A stretch of DNA of 64,000 bases from Octopus bimaculoides (taxonomy: Eukaryota), in assembly GCF_001194135.2 (NCBI RefSeq), contig NC_068989.1, forward strand, positions 81,991,132 through 82,055,131. Reading direction: 5' to 3'. Of this stretch, positions 25,981-39,459 are shown piece after piece. The position numbers were made by a program, and so were the translations under genes. The notes under the pieces are model-generated. The model saw only the letters and a list, made by a program, of their open reading frames with translations, was not told where the DNA came from and did not search any database. The number at the start of each line of letters is the position of its first letter. The first letter of the stretch is position 1.

Positions 25981-27365
25981 CTCACTGGTGTGTTAAATAT
26001 TTACTAAGTGAAGGCTCTAGTTTGGTTCAGAACCTTGTTGTCTCAACAGATACACATCAATACATAAAGCTGTTGGGTTTAATGGTTGATGGAAGTGAGG
26101 GGTGGCGATGGCAGTGTTGATGGTGATGATGATGATGATGGTGACAGTGGTAGTGATGATGGGTATGGTGGTAGTAGTGATGATTGTAGTGTTTGGTGGT
26201 GACTATGATAATGGTGGTGATGGTGATGATCATGATAGAGATTGGTAGTGGTAGTAGTGTTGGTTGCTGTTTAGCCCTAGGCTTACCATAAGAGAGCACA
26301 CAGAACTACGTAAAAAGGGGTCCCAGTCAGGCGAGAGTGGTGGTATTAATAAGGATGGTGGTTTGTGGTGGTAATGATGGTGATATTAATATAGTTTGTA
26401 ATGGTGGTGATGAATGTTGCCGTTTAGCCCCAGGTCAGCATTTATCAAGTAGATCTATGATCAAACATATTCAAGCCATGACCATCCCATATGTTTAGAA
26501 AAATCTTCACTTACATTTATTTAATGTCATATGAGATTAATGAATTACTGGTGCATTAATAGATTAATAAATTGGTGCTTTGTTTCAGTCTCGTGGTGGG
26601 ATTTCATCAGGGGCAAGCAATCCATTTTAACTGTCCTCTTAAAGTATCTATGGACAATTAAAATAAGAACTCAGTCACTAATGACATCTCAACACAGGAC
26701 TGAAAGTGGTCCAGCAGCTCAACCCACATCTTCTGTCCACAAACCTATTCTATATAAAGGCAAGGTGTTTTCATTATCTTTATACATGCAACATGGGTTA
26801 AAAAAATCAATAGATTCTGTAGTGTAACATCGTATAAGATTAAAGGGTCTCATTTGAGGGCAATTTGGGTGCTATTTCTAACAGGTCAAGCATCCATGTA
26901 GAGGCTCCTTCACTGAGTAATAACAGTACCAGTTATTTGTAATACTGTTGACCTTAATCTTAGTGGACGGGGAGGCATCAACATTTGTGGAGAAATCATT
27001 AAATAACTCTCAATGTATTTAATAAATAGAGCATCAGAAGGCTCTGTAGAAATAATCAATATCAGTCTTGACTAATATATTTTAATTATTTCAGAAAATA
27101 TGGGTGACAACTCTGGGCATGTTCCAGTGTTATTGCAACCTCCTCAGTGAAACAGACTTGCCAAAGTATCGTCTGAAGAATCCCAAAGTAAATATACAAG
27201 ACTATTTAATGGTTGATCTTGGAAACTAGCAAGAAACTCAAGACTAACCCTGATGAATATGTTCTGTAGAAAAGGGAACACTTTGTGGGAAGAAACTGTC
27301 TTCCCAAAAGTAGAAACATGTGTGATATATTTATTGTTATCACATTAGAACTTCAAAAATGTCTG

Positions 27366-27439
27366 ATGGGGGGAGGGCGCAGATGGGGGGAGGACGCAGA
27401 TGGGGGGAGGGCGCAGATGGGGGGAGGGCGCAGATGGGG
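27366..27439. repeat. 17-bp G-rich minisatellite (GATGGGGGGAGGGCGCA) x about 4
   Basis: Direct inspection. Confidence 0.9.
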
Positions 27440-27810
27440 TAACATTTAGCAATGCATAATCCTAATAAACCACCACCGCCACGCCACCACCACCAGTTAT
27501 ATCACTGACCTATATTGCCGTCATCATCATCATCACCACCACCACCATTTTTATACAAGCGACACATGCATACCCACACACTTACCACAGCTGTTACCAC
27601 TACTGAAGGTGTTGGATGTATGGGAAATAGTAGAGTTGTATCTGCTTAGATAACAGAGCGAGGAGGAGGAGGGAGTAATGGTGTTTGGTGTTTTAAGATT
27701 GTTCGATGGAATTTTAGGTAAATATCAGTCTGCTGTCATTGCTAGTATGATTTGTTGCTCTGTGAAGATGAGGCAATAATTACATGCCTGTTAGTCTATA
27801 TTGTAAACTA

Positions 27811-28210
27811 GGTGCAAGAATGGCTGTGTGGTAAGTAGCTTGCTTACCAACCACATGGTTCCGGTCCCACTGCGTGGCACTTTGGGCAAGTGTCTTCTAC
27901 TATAGCCTCGGGCCAACCAAAACCTTGTGAGTGGATTTGGTAGACGGAAACTGAAAGAAGATCGTCGTATATATGTATATGTATATATAGATGTGTTTGT
28001 GTTTGGCCCCCCCAACATCGCTTGACAACTGATGCTGGTGTGTTCACGTCCCCATAACTTAGCGGTTCGGCAAAAGAGACCGATAGAATAAGTACTAGGC
28101 TTACAAAGAATAAGTCCTGGGGTCGATTTGCTTGACTAAAGGCGGTGCTCCAGCATGGCCGCAGTCAAATGACTGAAACAAGTAAAAGAGTAAAAAGGAG
28201 TAAAAGAGTA
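27811..28210 (+). mobile_element. SINE family A, full-length
   Basis: Same organisation, with a (GTAAAAGA)n tail. Confidence 0.9.
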
Positions 28211-29033
28211 GTCATTAACAGGTGGGGGTGAATATTATCTGAATATATGTTTGTTGTTGAAAGATTGATGGACATAGAACATGGTGATTGAGAAAGGTTG
28301 GGGTATTGGGTTATGTAGTAAGGAGAGAGATGACTATGTGAGGACAGGGGTGGGTATCTAATTGGAGGAATACAGAAGATAAACAAGCAGAGAGGCAGGT
28401 AGGCAGGTAGATAGGTAAAGCCAATTAAACCTTGAAATGAATGTTTACATTAGGTATGTGACCGCTGTGTGATAGGGATGTGACAGAAACAGTGATAGGG
28501 ACCAGTTACAACAAAGGAAATATTGTCTTAACAGAACCGGAGAAAATTAATGTTGCTGTTTTAGATAAACAGTGACAAACTTAGCAAGAACTAATGCACC
28601 TGGGTTAGTGGTTAAGGTATTTGGCTCATGATCATAAAGTCATGAGTTCGATATCTGGCAGGGTGTTGATTCCTTGAGCAGGACACTTTATTTCACATTG
28701 CTCCTGTTCACTCAGCTGGCAAAAACGAGTTGTACCTGTACTTCAAAGGGCTAGTCTCATCACATTCAGTGTAACAGTGTATCTCTCTGAGAACTACATT
28801 AAGGGTAACCATGTCTGTGGAGAGCTCAGCCACTTCTATGTTAATTTGACAAGCAGGCTGCTCTGTTAATCGAATCAACTGGAACCTTCATTGTCATAAT
28901 TGACTGAGAGCCAGGCCATAGCAAGAATTTCCAGCAATGCCAATCTTGTTTGACATCAACATTTGACACAACCAACAAAATATTCTTGCTGTGACAATCT
29001 TATTATTAATCAGCTTTTTTTATATCTAAGACA

Positions 29034-29567
29034 AGTACATTTTCCAGCATACAAGTTCAATTTTTCAGACCTAGATTTATAGTAAAAAAAAAAGGTAGGC
29101 TGACTTATACACAACAACTTTGGAGAACCAAAAATTCCATATGAAATGCAGCAAGATTTGGAAAGGCTTGAATGTTTACACTTCAGGCCTGCCATAATGG
29201 CATATAACAAAAAATCTAGTTACCTGTTAATTCTCTTTATACTTACTTAGTGTTTATATTGATGTGCAATTAGAATCATAAATAAAGGTAAATAGTAAAA
29301 ATCAAATTTGAAATAATTAAACATAATTTCAAGAGAAAACTTATTCATTTTGACTTTTTTTCATCCTGTGGTGAAACCTTCCATTTCCCTCTGTTCTCTG
29401 TGTATGCTCTGGTGATCAGATCCATTCCAGCCCCGATGAGGTCCCAATTTCTCAATAAAAGCTTGTGACCGGAAAAGGCGGGTTGACTTATAAGACGAGT
29501 ATAGATTACCTTAACTTATACACAATATGTCAACTTGTATGCCTGTAAATATGGTACATTACGCAAT
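29034..29567. mobile_element. Second Tc2-like MITE family (related copies about 17510-17707 inverted and 32745-32945)
   Basis: Left TACATTTTCCAGCATACAAGTT, right AACTTGTATGCCTGTAAATATGGTA. The internal AAATGCAGCA.GATTTG.AAAG block is shared by three copies. Confidence 0.65.
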
Positions 29568-31479
29568 GTGTTTTTAACACGGTGAAGTGTAATTTGAGAG
29601 AGATTTGGCTGCTACTTCTAGAAGGGTGACAGACCACATTGGCTCAAGAAAACAAATGTTAAGATGTGATCAAACTGATTTTATGTTTAATTAAAGAAAA
29701 AAAAATTAGTGTTATATTTTTATTAAGAACATCATCACCGTAATCGTTATTGGAACAGCGTCTGTGTGTCACTGTCACATGGACAACAATCCAGTGTGTG
29801 GGGCAGGACTTAACCAATGAAGGCTGTAAGTTGTCATAAAATATTCCATGGTGGTGGTACCGCCGCTGCCACCGCTACCACCACCACCACCACCACCACC
29901 ACCACCACCAATACCACAGTTGTTGACGATTTCAGGAGAGATGGCCTTTTCACACTCAACCATCATTATCATCATCAGCATTACTGTTATCATCATCATC
30001 ATCACTTACCTTAGCTTTGCAATTAACCTTATAACTCAGATTCTCGTCATTATTATCGTTGTTGTTATTATCATTATTATTATTATTACAATTTATTTTT
30101 CCACTACCACTGCCACCACCACCACCACCACCATCATCATCACCATTGCCCTATTATATCTGTTGTCCCACTTCCCAGATGACAGGATGTAATTTTCTTC
30201 AGTAGAGTTGTGTAAGTCAATCGTTGCCATCACAGCATCTGTATACCACCACCACCACCACCACCACACCACCTCTTCCTGCACCATCAACCAGACTTAT
30301 CTGAAACATTTCAACTTCCTGCAAATGGAACATACCATATATACACACACACACACACTGCTGCATATATAAATATATATACAGACAACACTTAACATAC
30401 ATGCACACCATGCTTTTTATACACACAAACTGCACTTCATACACACACACACCATATTTTATGCAAACACACACACACACACATCAGGCTTTATATATGC
30501 GCAAACCACATATTATATACATAAACCTTACAATATATACACATACCACATGCTACATTTCATATACACAGTCTAATCAAACAATCTACCATAGATACCC
30601 ACCAATTCTACACTCCCACCTCTATAGACATCCTCATTCTTCTCCCCTTCCATACACATTAATGTAGACAGGCATATATATGCATACTTACAGAAACATA
30701 TGTTGACAAACACACAAACACACACATACATACATTCATGTACACAGAGAGACATATATAGACACCTATACATGTTGTTCAGGCAAGCATACTTGCACAT
30801 GTATACACAGGCAGATATAGTCACCTACATGTTATACATGTACACAGACAAACAGAGTTACATACATATAGACAGATAGACATTCTCAAAATAATTCAAC
30901 AGAAAATATGTACTGGAAAATAATGGGTTTTGAAATCAATGGTGGGTGAGATGTGGTAGTAGTGGTGGTAGTGGTACTGTGGTGGTGGAGAGATGCAGTG
31001 GCAACACTGTGGTATGATAGTTGTGTTGTTGTTGTTGTTAGTGTCTAAGTGAAATACATGTTTCAATGAACTGACAGTTGAAACACTTCAGTTTTTCTCA
31101 AGGCTTAGTACAAAATTTACTGAGTTTATAAGAAAAACTACAACCCCCACAGCAGCACAAACTCCAGTCTCCAGCCTTCATGACATCACAGCCTCTAGCC
31201 TCCACACCACTGCAAACTTCAACCTCCAGCCTACAGCCTCTATGACACATCAATCTCTCACTCCACAACACATCAATATTATTAGAAATAATAGTAATCG
31301 TTTTGTTTATTTCCTGGTCATAAGTTGGAACAACAAATCAAGGAACCACATCAGATTGGTTTTCTTTTTCTCCCCGTCTATTTCTTACTTTAATCAACAT
31401 CAACATCACCTTCACTTCCCCTAACAACAAAAATTAAAATACTCCCATATTCCATAGATTACCTTTATATTTTACTTGC

Positions 31480-32180
31480 TGAGGTCCCTACATTATCGAG
31501 CAACTTTTGCATTTGCTCTATAGTGTTGAGAATGAGTGCTGTATCATCAAGGAAGTCAAGGTCGCTTATGATGACAGTTGGTACTTGGTATGATCTGTGT
31601 CTGTCAATGGCGAATCCCAAGTGTCATTGCCTGCTACTTGACACATTGCATAGTCCAGGTCAAGGACAAACAAATGTGAAGCTAGAAGAAAATGGTGTAC
31701 ATATCCTTCAACCAAAACAAAGATCTCGATCTCTGAGCAATGAATAGATCAAAATTGAATGCAGTTGAGAATTTCAGATATCTTGGTAGATGGGTAAACA
31801 GCTCCGATGTTGACATCAAAGTCAGAAAAGCATAAGCTTGGACATTGTGTCACAAACTCAAAAGAGTATGGCAGTCAAGACTGTTCCTTGCTACTGTTGA
31901 GTCAGCGCTCCTGTATGGCAGCAAAACCTGGACACTTACCAAACAAGCAAAGAAGTGGTTAGATGGCTGCTACACAAGGATGCTACAAATGCCCCTGGAT
32001 GTAAAATGGCAGAACATGACCGATGAGCATCTCTATGGAAGCCTTCCAAAAGTGATCAACAAGATCAGAGAATGATGTCTCTGCATACCAAATCATTGCA
32101 TGTGGCACCAAGAAGAATAAGCATCAAAGCTTTTATTCTGGGATCCATAGCATGGTACTAGCAGAGGATTGAATACTGTC
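31480..32180 (+). mobile_element. RTE-clade LINE fragment, RT C-terminal region, decayed
   Basis: VENFRYLGRWV...DIKVRKA*AW...LKRVWQS..LFLATVESALLYGSKTWTLTK...LDGCYTRMLQ is typical of RTE ORFs. It contains stops and frameshifts. Confidence 0.85.
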
Positions 32181-33644
32181 AATGAACTGAAGGTGCTGAT
32201 GATAGAATCGAGATGCTTGGTGAAATGGCTTTGTTTTTGAGGCCTGGGTGTGGGTCTGGCTACAGTAAAGTAAATTATCTTTAAAGGCCTGGGTATGAGC
32301 CTGACCAAAGTAAAGTAGATTATCAAGTAAAGTAGATTATCTAACAGGGTTTTATTAATCAATTGTGGTACTAGAAAAAATCTAGACTTTTTCCTGGAAT
32401 TTCAAACTTTCAAACATCATTGGATATTTACAAGCAGAAGTAATTAGTGTTAATGAAAATATTTTGTTAGAAGAGGTGAGGGAGATAACTAAGTCACTCT
32501 TACAGAATTTTTCATTGTCATTATTGGTATAGTAACCTCGACATGGTCGCTTAAATCTCTATTGTATTAAAAAAAGACACATTGGCTAGTGTAGTCTGAG
32601 ATACACTATGTCTGTAATAAATGATGTAATGCTCATGATTGGAATGTCTGATCATAGGCCAGTAAACGCATGACTGACCAAGTGTTAAAATATATTAATC
32701 AGTGTGAATTTGTTTGGGCTTAGTTATATTTCTATTCTATTTTCCAACATACAGATCAAATATTTCAGACCAAAATTTTACATCCATTAAAATATAGGTT
32801 GATTTATACACCAAGATGACTTTGGAGGGCCAAAAGCTCCATGTTAAATGCAGCATGATTTGGAAAGGTCGTGGTCATGTTTGAATGTTAACACTACATG
32901 TTTACACTATATACTACATTAACTTGTATGTCGGCAAATAGGGTATATCTTACAAAAACCATCTCACTTATATTGGTGCTGCTTCTTCCTTAATCAGCCG
33001 CAAATTAATAATTTATTACATCAACTTTTAACCCTTTGACTGTAATGATGTTAATTATTCACAAATAAATTAAAAAAACCCCAAAAACAAAAGGATTGAT
33101 ATTTTCTACAATGCCCTTTCAGTATTTCCTGTAGGTGCAGTTTTCATATCAACCACTAAAAGTCTTTAATTCTTTCTTCATGAAGAAGTATTTTTATGAA
33201 ATATGTGAAAAAAATTAAGAAAATCTGAAAAATTATCTTTTCTAAAAAAAAGTACCACCAAGGAGTGTCTCTGCTTCAAGGAGTGTCTCTCCATAAGGAG
33301 AGGTTTTTTTTCAAAGCCATCTGACAAAATTGCATTTCACATTAACAGTAATATAATTTTGAGCAGATATATCTGCTTGCCATGTTCAAAGGGTTATACT
33401 GTGACAATGGTTAAACTGTGATCAAACGTTATTTATAACTTTACATACATTTCACAGTAAAGTAATAAAGTTAATAATAACATCTACACTTTTTCCTTCC
33501 AATAAAAATATTTCCCACACTATATATAGATTTGTTTATCTCATTCTTCTTTCATCTTTTATATCAAGAACACAGACTTGCAAACTTTCTTGTGACAGTT
33601 TTAAACATTCTGAATAGAAGCAGGAAATATGTTGTCATTCAACT

Positions 33645-34265
33645 CCACTCTTGTGTCATAATTTGTGGCACCCTGTATATTGCTGTTGGCACACTTGTGT
33701 CACTGCTCGTGGGGCCCCTGTGTATTACTAGTGGCACACTCGTGCCATCATTTGTGGAACCTTTATGTGTTGTTGGTGGTACACTTGTGTAAGTGTTTGT
33801 GACACCTCTGTGAATTGTTGGTGGCACATACTTGTCATCATTTGTATCACCAGTGTCACTGCTTGTGGGGCCCCTGTGTCATAGTTTGTGGCACTCTGTA
33901 TATTGCTGTTGGCACACTTGTGTATTATTGGTGGCACACTCGTGCCATCATTTGTGGCACCTTTATGAATTGTTGGTGGAACACTTGTATAAGTGTTTGT
34001 GACACCTCTATGTATTGTTGGTGGCACACACTATCGTTTGTGGGACCTCTGTGTCACTTCTTGTGGGGAACCTGTGTATTATTGGTGACACACTTGTGCC
34101 ATCATTTGTGGCACCTTTATGTATTGTTGGTGACACACACTTGTGTCATCATTTGTGACACCTCTGTATATTGCTGGTGGCACACTTGTGCCACTGTCTT
34201 TGGTATCCTTATATATATTGCTGGTGGAATATTTATGCCATTGTTTGTAATACCCCTGTGTATAG
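33645..34265. repeat. Complex GTGGCAC-rich minisatellite with higher-order duplication
   Basis: Repeated TGTGGCAC, GTATTGTTGGTGGCACAC and GTGCCATCATTTGTGG units. Confidence 0.85.
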
Positions 34266-34691
34266 TTTATGGTTCTCGTACATCTGTGGGTAAACTTGAA
34301 CCTAAGTAAATAGTTTCAGTAAAGAAAGGACTACTTCATACAGCAGTCTCAACAGAGTTGGTTGGAATAGCTTTATGTTAATGAGATAAACAGACTCAGT
34401 AATGAGTGGCCCATTATTGGAACCTAAATAACAGCAACAACATTCACCAGAAATAGGTGTCTCTCTTCCAGCAAATAATGGATTACATTGTTTAATCAAG
34501 TCAGATGTTGAAGGAGTTACACTTTTAATGATTACAGCAGGATTTTATTTCTTTTCTTTATTTCAAAGCTGATACTAATTAACTTGGTTTTGTGACAAAT
34601 TAATTAATAAAGAAGATATCAGAAACAAGTGTGGATAATGTTATGGCATAACTAGTTCTGATCTGATACATGTACCAATCTCCTGTTATGA

Positions 34692-34760
34692 CACATGTAG
34701 CATTACATTGACACATGAGGTATTCTATGTAGCATTACATTGACACATGAGGTATTCTAT
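34692..34760. repeat. About 31-bp tandem duplication within a degenerate GTGACAC-rich tract extending to about 34920
   Basis: ATGTAGCATTACATTGACACATGAGGTATTC occurs twice in tandem. Confidence 0.8.
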
Positions 34761-35217
34761 TGTGACACAAGGGGCATTTGATTGTGACACATGCTGCATT
34801 CCATTGTAACACATGTAGTGACTTGTGATACACCCAGTGATCTGTTGTGGCACATGTAGTGATTTGTGTCATGTCCAGAGACCAGTTGTGACAATTTTAG
34901 TGACCTGTTGTGACAACTCTAAGTATTCACTTGACCTTCGAGAAGTAGAAGCTAAATCTCCCTCAAATCACATCTTACAAGAAAAGAAAGATACATTGAC
35001 CAGTATAGTCCTAGATAAACAAAAAGTTGGGTGGTCATAGATGAAATCTCTTTGATCACACAACTTCTCAATCAGGGCAGAGCTTTTGTTTAATGTCTAA
35101 CTCAGAGGATGGAAGGTAGCCCCCATGACTGTTTTCAGGATCTTCATGAATAGTGATGGAAAGGGAATAGAGGTTACTTTTCTATAACTTTTCATCAATA
35201 TTATGCTACCATATATA

Positions 35218-35635
35218 CCGTAAATCCTCGAGTATAATCAGCACTTTTTTCCCAAAATTTAAAGGTCAAAATTTCTACTGTGTACTATATATGAGGTTAA
35301 AAATGAAAAATATTTTCTAAGCAAAATTTTCTAAGTGATAAATATGTAAAGGCAATTTACTTAATATTTATTTTTCACTGACATTATTACTGTTATTTCT
35401 TTATTTTCTGCAAACAAGGTGCACAAAAAAGCTATACGTTTGCATTATGTTATATATTCAATAATAATAAGGGGAGTTACTGTATATACATTTACAAATG
35501 TTATATAGACCTCATTGACTCAAGTTAGAGAAGGGGTGCATATTATACACAAGGTTTAGGTTTTTCAGAGATACAGCCCCCTAAAAATCCCCTGCGTATT
35601 ATACTCAAGGGCGGACTATACTCGAGGATTTATGG
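35218..35635. mobile_element. Tc1/mariner (Tc2-like) MITE
   Basis: TA|CCGTAAATCCTCGAGTATA ... TATACTCGAGGATTTATGG|CA. The 19-bp TIRs differ at one position, and there are subterminal TATTATACTC-type repeats. Confidence 0.8.
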
Positions 35636-35990
35636 CATATACCTGAAACATTTACAAAACTAAATCTGAGCCAAAAGAAGTGCCTCAATGTGCTAAAAAT
35701 AGTAGCCAAATCTCCATCAAATCACACTTTACTGTTTTAAAAATCAAGAACACATGAGATAATGTAGTTTTAGATGCACTTGTCCAAATAAAAGGCGAGA
35801 TGGTCAGGGTTAGAATGTCTTTGATCATAGGTTTGTTCACTCAGGGATGAACTGGTAGCAAACAACAGCAGCAACACAATCCATTTTTTATCACAGTGGA
35901 CAAACCCATAGCCTATATCTTTAGCACTTCACAATAGTTGAAAGATAGAAAATGAAATGAAAAGAGTCTACAGTGTGTAAAAATAATTAC

Positions 35991-36027
35991 CTTCCGGATC
36001 ATTTTCATCTGCTATGCTTGCCCCATC
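35991..36027 (-). CDS. ARHGAP21: RhoGAP 21/23-like microexon in the PDZ loop (37 nt, phase 0 to 1), DGASIADENDPE
   Basis: tactgatttctatttgcag|GAT GGG GCA AGC ATA GCA GAT GAA AAT GAT CCG GAA G|gtaatt. G+TA gives Val and joins the 16941 exon in frame. The acidic content resembles the short DEENGNRG segment preceding LEPMD in vertebrates. Confidence 0.8.
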
Positions 36028-37529
36028 CTGCAAATAGAAATCAGTAATTAATAATTAAATACAAATCATTAATTAATAATTATAATAATTACATAATAAA
36101 TAAATATAAACATGCAGGAACATGCATGGCTGCATGGTAAAAAAAAAGTTTGCATCCCAACCACATGGTTTTCATTTTAGTCCCTCTGCAGCATCCTGGG
36201 CAAGCTGACCAAAGACTTGTGAGAAGATTTTGTAGACAGAAACTAAAAGAAGCCTGTCGTATCTGTGTTTATCAGTGTGTGCGAGTATGTATGTGTGTAT
36301 GTGTATTTGAGAAGAAGAGAGAGAGAGAGTGTCTTTTTGTCTTGACAGCAATCAATAGTTGTAAGCGAGCAACACCAACTGACAAGTGGTGTTATTCATT
36401 TACAATGAACATGAAAACATGTCAAGCCATGGAGAAATATTGTTTGGAGTGACAGGAAAGACATCTAACCATAGAGAATCTCAGCCTCAATGGATTTTAT
36501 CTGACCCATGCAAGCATGGAAAAGTGTGTATTAAAAAAATGACAACAAAGATTGTAAACTTTGTAAATTATTCAACAGGAGCAATATGAAAGCCATTTTC
36601 TGAACTGTAGGCAAAATCATTTAATTTTGTAACCATAGAATCCTTTTAAACAATACATGCTAAAGAGAAAATAAAAGTTAACATAAAAACACTGTGAATC
36701 TGGCAGTTACAACTGAAGAAAAAATAAGGGACAGAACTGTGTGTTACATTAGTAACAGAAAACTAATTTAAAAACTGACTATACCAACACATGACATCTT
36801 TCAGACACCATCACAAAGAAAACGCCATTTCATTTTCAAAGCAAATTCGGAAAAAGAAAGACAATGGCGACTGTCCCAAGACAGTACTCCTACTTTCTCT
36901 TCTATAATGTGAGTTGCTGTGTAGCTCCCTTAAGCAAAAAACCTGTTCTGTTCTGACACCTTCCCTCTCACTTGAACCTCTCATTTCCAGCATAAAGTCA
37001 CCTTCCTCTCTACTGTAGACACCCATAGACCTCATTGGAGGTGGTGCTATAAAAAAAAAAACACTTAAAGCATGCAGTGAAGTGGTTGGTATTAGGAAGG
37101 GCATCCAGCTATAAATACCAGACTGAAGGAGACTCTGGAGGGCAAAGCAGTCTTCAAACCTGTCAGATCCTGTCAAACCAGCATGGAACATGGGCATTAG
37201 ATTACGATGTCTGTGTGTCAGTATACATGCATGCATGTATGTATGTATAGCGTATTGAAGCTAACCAAGATCAGCGTGTATAAACAGTGATATTCTATGG
37301 TATTGAGTGCTTTTTCTCTTCTTCATTAAAACACAAACACACACACACACATGTAGGGTTATGTAATACAATTCACAAGGGTGTAGGGCTACATAACCTG
37401 ATGTAATGGGGTTGGGAGGTTGGGGTGGGAATGGTGAAGTGAAATAGCGTGTAAATAAAATGGTGGTAGTGAGTGGGGTGGAGGACAGGAAACAGGTCAA
37501 AGGAACATTTAATAGCTGTGTGTGTGAGT

Positions 37530-37566
<37 letters not shown>

Positions 37567-37640
37567 GTGTGCCATAATCAACAGTCAGGCTGTCTGGAGA
37601 ACACAGCAAATGGTAATCTCCATTTACATCTAGATTACCA

Positions 37641-37684
<44 letters not shown>

Positions 37685-37850
37685 CAACATACAAAAGAAA
37701 AATATTGTGTGTATAAATAAATATATATATATACTCATAGAAAATGTACTGAAATGGTAAACTACAATTATGTATGTGAGTATAACCACTACCACCACTA
37801 AATATACATACAACAATAAAAATGGGGATGTGTACCTGAATATTTTTTTA

Positions 37851-38213
37851 TTCTTTTACTTGTTTCTGTCATTAGACTGTGGCCATGCTGGGGCACAGCC
37901 TTGTAGAATTTTAGCCAAACAAATTGATCCCAGTAGTTATTTTTAAAGCTCAGTACTTATTCTAATAGTGTCTTTTGCCGAACTGCTAAGTTATGGGGAT
38001 GTAAATGCACCAACACTGGTTGGCAAGTGATGGTGAAGAACAAACATGCACACACACATGCATACGACAGGCTTCTTAAAGTTTTTGTGTACCAAATCCA
38101 CTCAAAGCTTTGGTCAGCCTGAGGCTATAGCTGAACTCACTTCACTTGCCCAAGATGCCACAGAGTGGGATTGAACCTGGAACCATGTGGTTGGGAATTA
38201 AACTTCTTACCAC
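37851..38213 (-). mobile_element. SINE family A, diverged copy
   Basis: Colinear with other copies but with more substitutions. Confidence 0.8.
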
Positions 38214-38238
38214 CTATATATATATATATATATATATA

Positions 38239-38635
38239 AGAGTGGCTGTGTGATAAGTAGCTTGCTTACCAACCACATGGTTCTGGGTTCAGTCCCACTG
38301 CGTGGCACCTTGGGCAAGTGTCTTCTATTATAGCCTCAGGTCGACCAAAGCCTTGTGAATGGATTTAGTAGATGGAAACTGAAAGAAGCCTGTCGTATAT
38401 GTATATATATATATATGTGTATATGTTTGTGTGTTTGTGTTTGTCCCCCCACCATCCCTTGACAACCGATGTTAGTGTGTTTATGTCCCTGTAACTTAGC
38501 AGTTCAGCAAAAGAGACCAATAGAATAAGTACAAGACTTACAAAGAATAAGACCCGGGGTTGATTTGTTCAACTAAAGGCGGTGCTCCAGCATGGCCACA
38601 GTCAAATGACTGAAACATATAATAGCATAAAAGAA
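38239..38635 (+). mobile_element. SINE family A
   Basis: Head to tail colinear with the 27811 copy. Confidence 0.88.
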
Positions 38636-38636
38636 T

Positions 38637-38671
<35 letters not shown>

Positions 38672-39032
38672 TAGATACATATATACACAATACATACACA
38701 TACGTACATACATGTGTATGTTAAGATATATGGCTCAGTGATAAGGGTGTTGGCCTGACTGGCCTGATGATCAAAAAGTCATGGGTTCAATTTCTGGACC
38801 AGGCGACATGTTGTCATCTTTGAGAAATGCACTTCATTTCAGATTACTCCAGTCTACTCGGCTGATATTGAATATCAGCCAAGTATTGCATGTGCCTATG
38901 AAATTTTAAGTCATATGGAGTTGAGTCAAACTCATATTAAATATGTGTAAATTCCAGCCAAATATGATGAGTGCCACTTATTTTTTTTTGGGGGGGGGGT
39001 TATCTACTCACTTGTTTGTTTGTATGTGTGTA

Positions 39033-39262
39033 TACTCTTTACTCTTTTACTTGTTTGTCTTTTTGACTGTGGCCATGCTGGAGCACCGCCTTTAGTCGAG
39101 CAAATCGACTCCCAGGACTTATTCTTTGGAAGCCTAGTACTTATTCTGTCGATCTCTTTTGCCGAACCGCTAAGTTACGGGGACGTAAACACACCAGCAT
39201 CGGTTGTCAAGCGATGTTGGGTGGACAAACACAGACACACAAACACATACACACATAGATAC

Positions 39263-39293
<31 letters not shown>

Positions 39294-39459
39294 TACGACA
39301 GGCTTCTTTCAGTTTCCGTCTACCAAATCCACTCACAAAGCATTGGTCGGCCTGAGGTTTTAGTAGAAGACACTTGCCCAAGATGCCATGCAGTGGGACT
39401 GAACCCGGAACCATGTAGTTGGTAAGCAAGCTACTTAACCACACAACCACTCCTACGCC
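39033..39459 (-). mobile_element. SINE family A, full-length
   Basis: Colinear with the 17012 copy. Confidence 0.9.
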
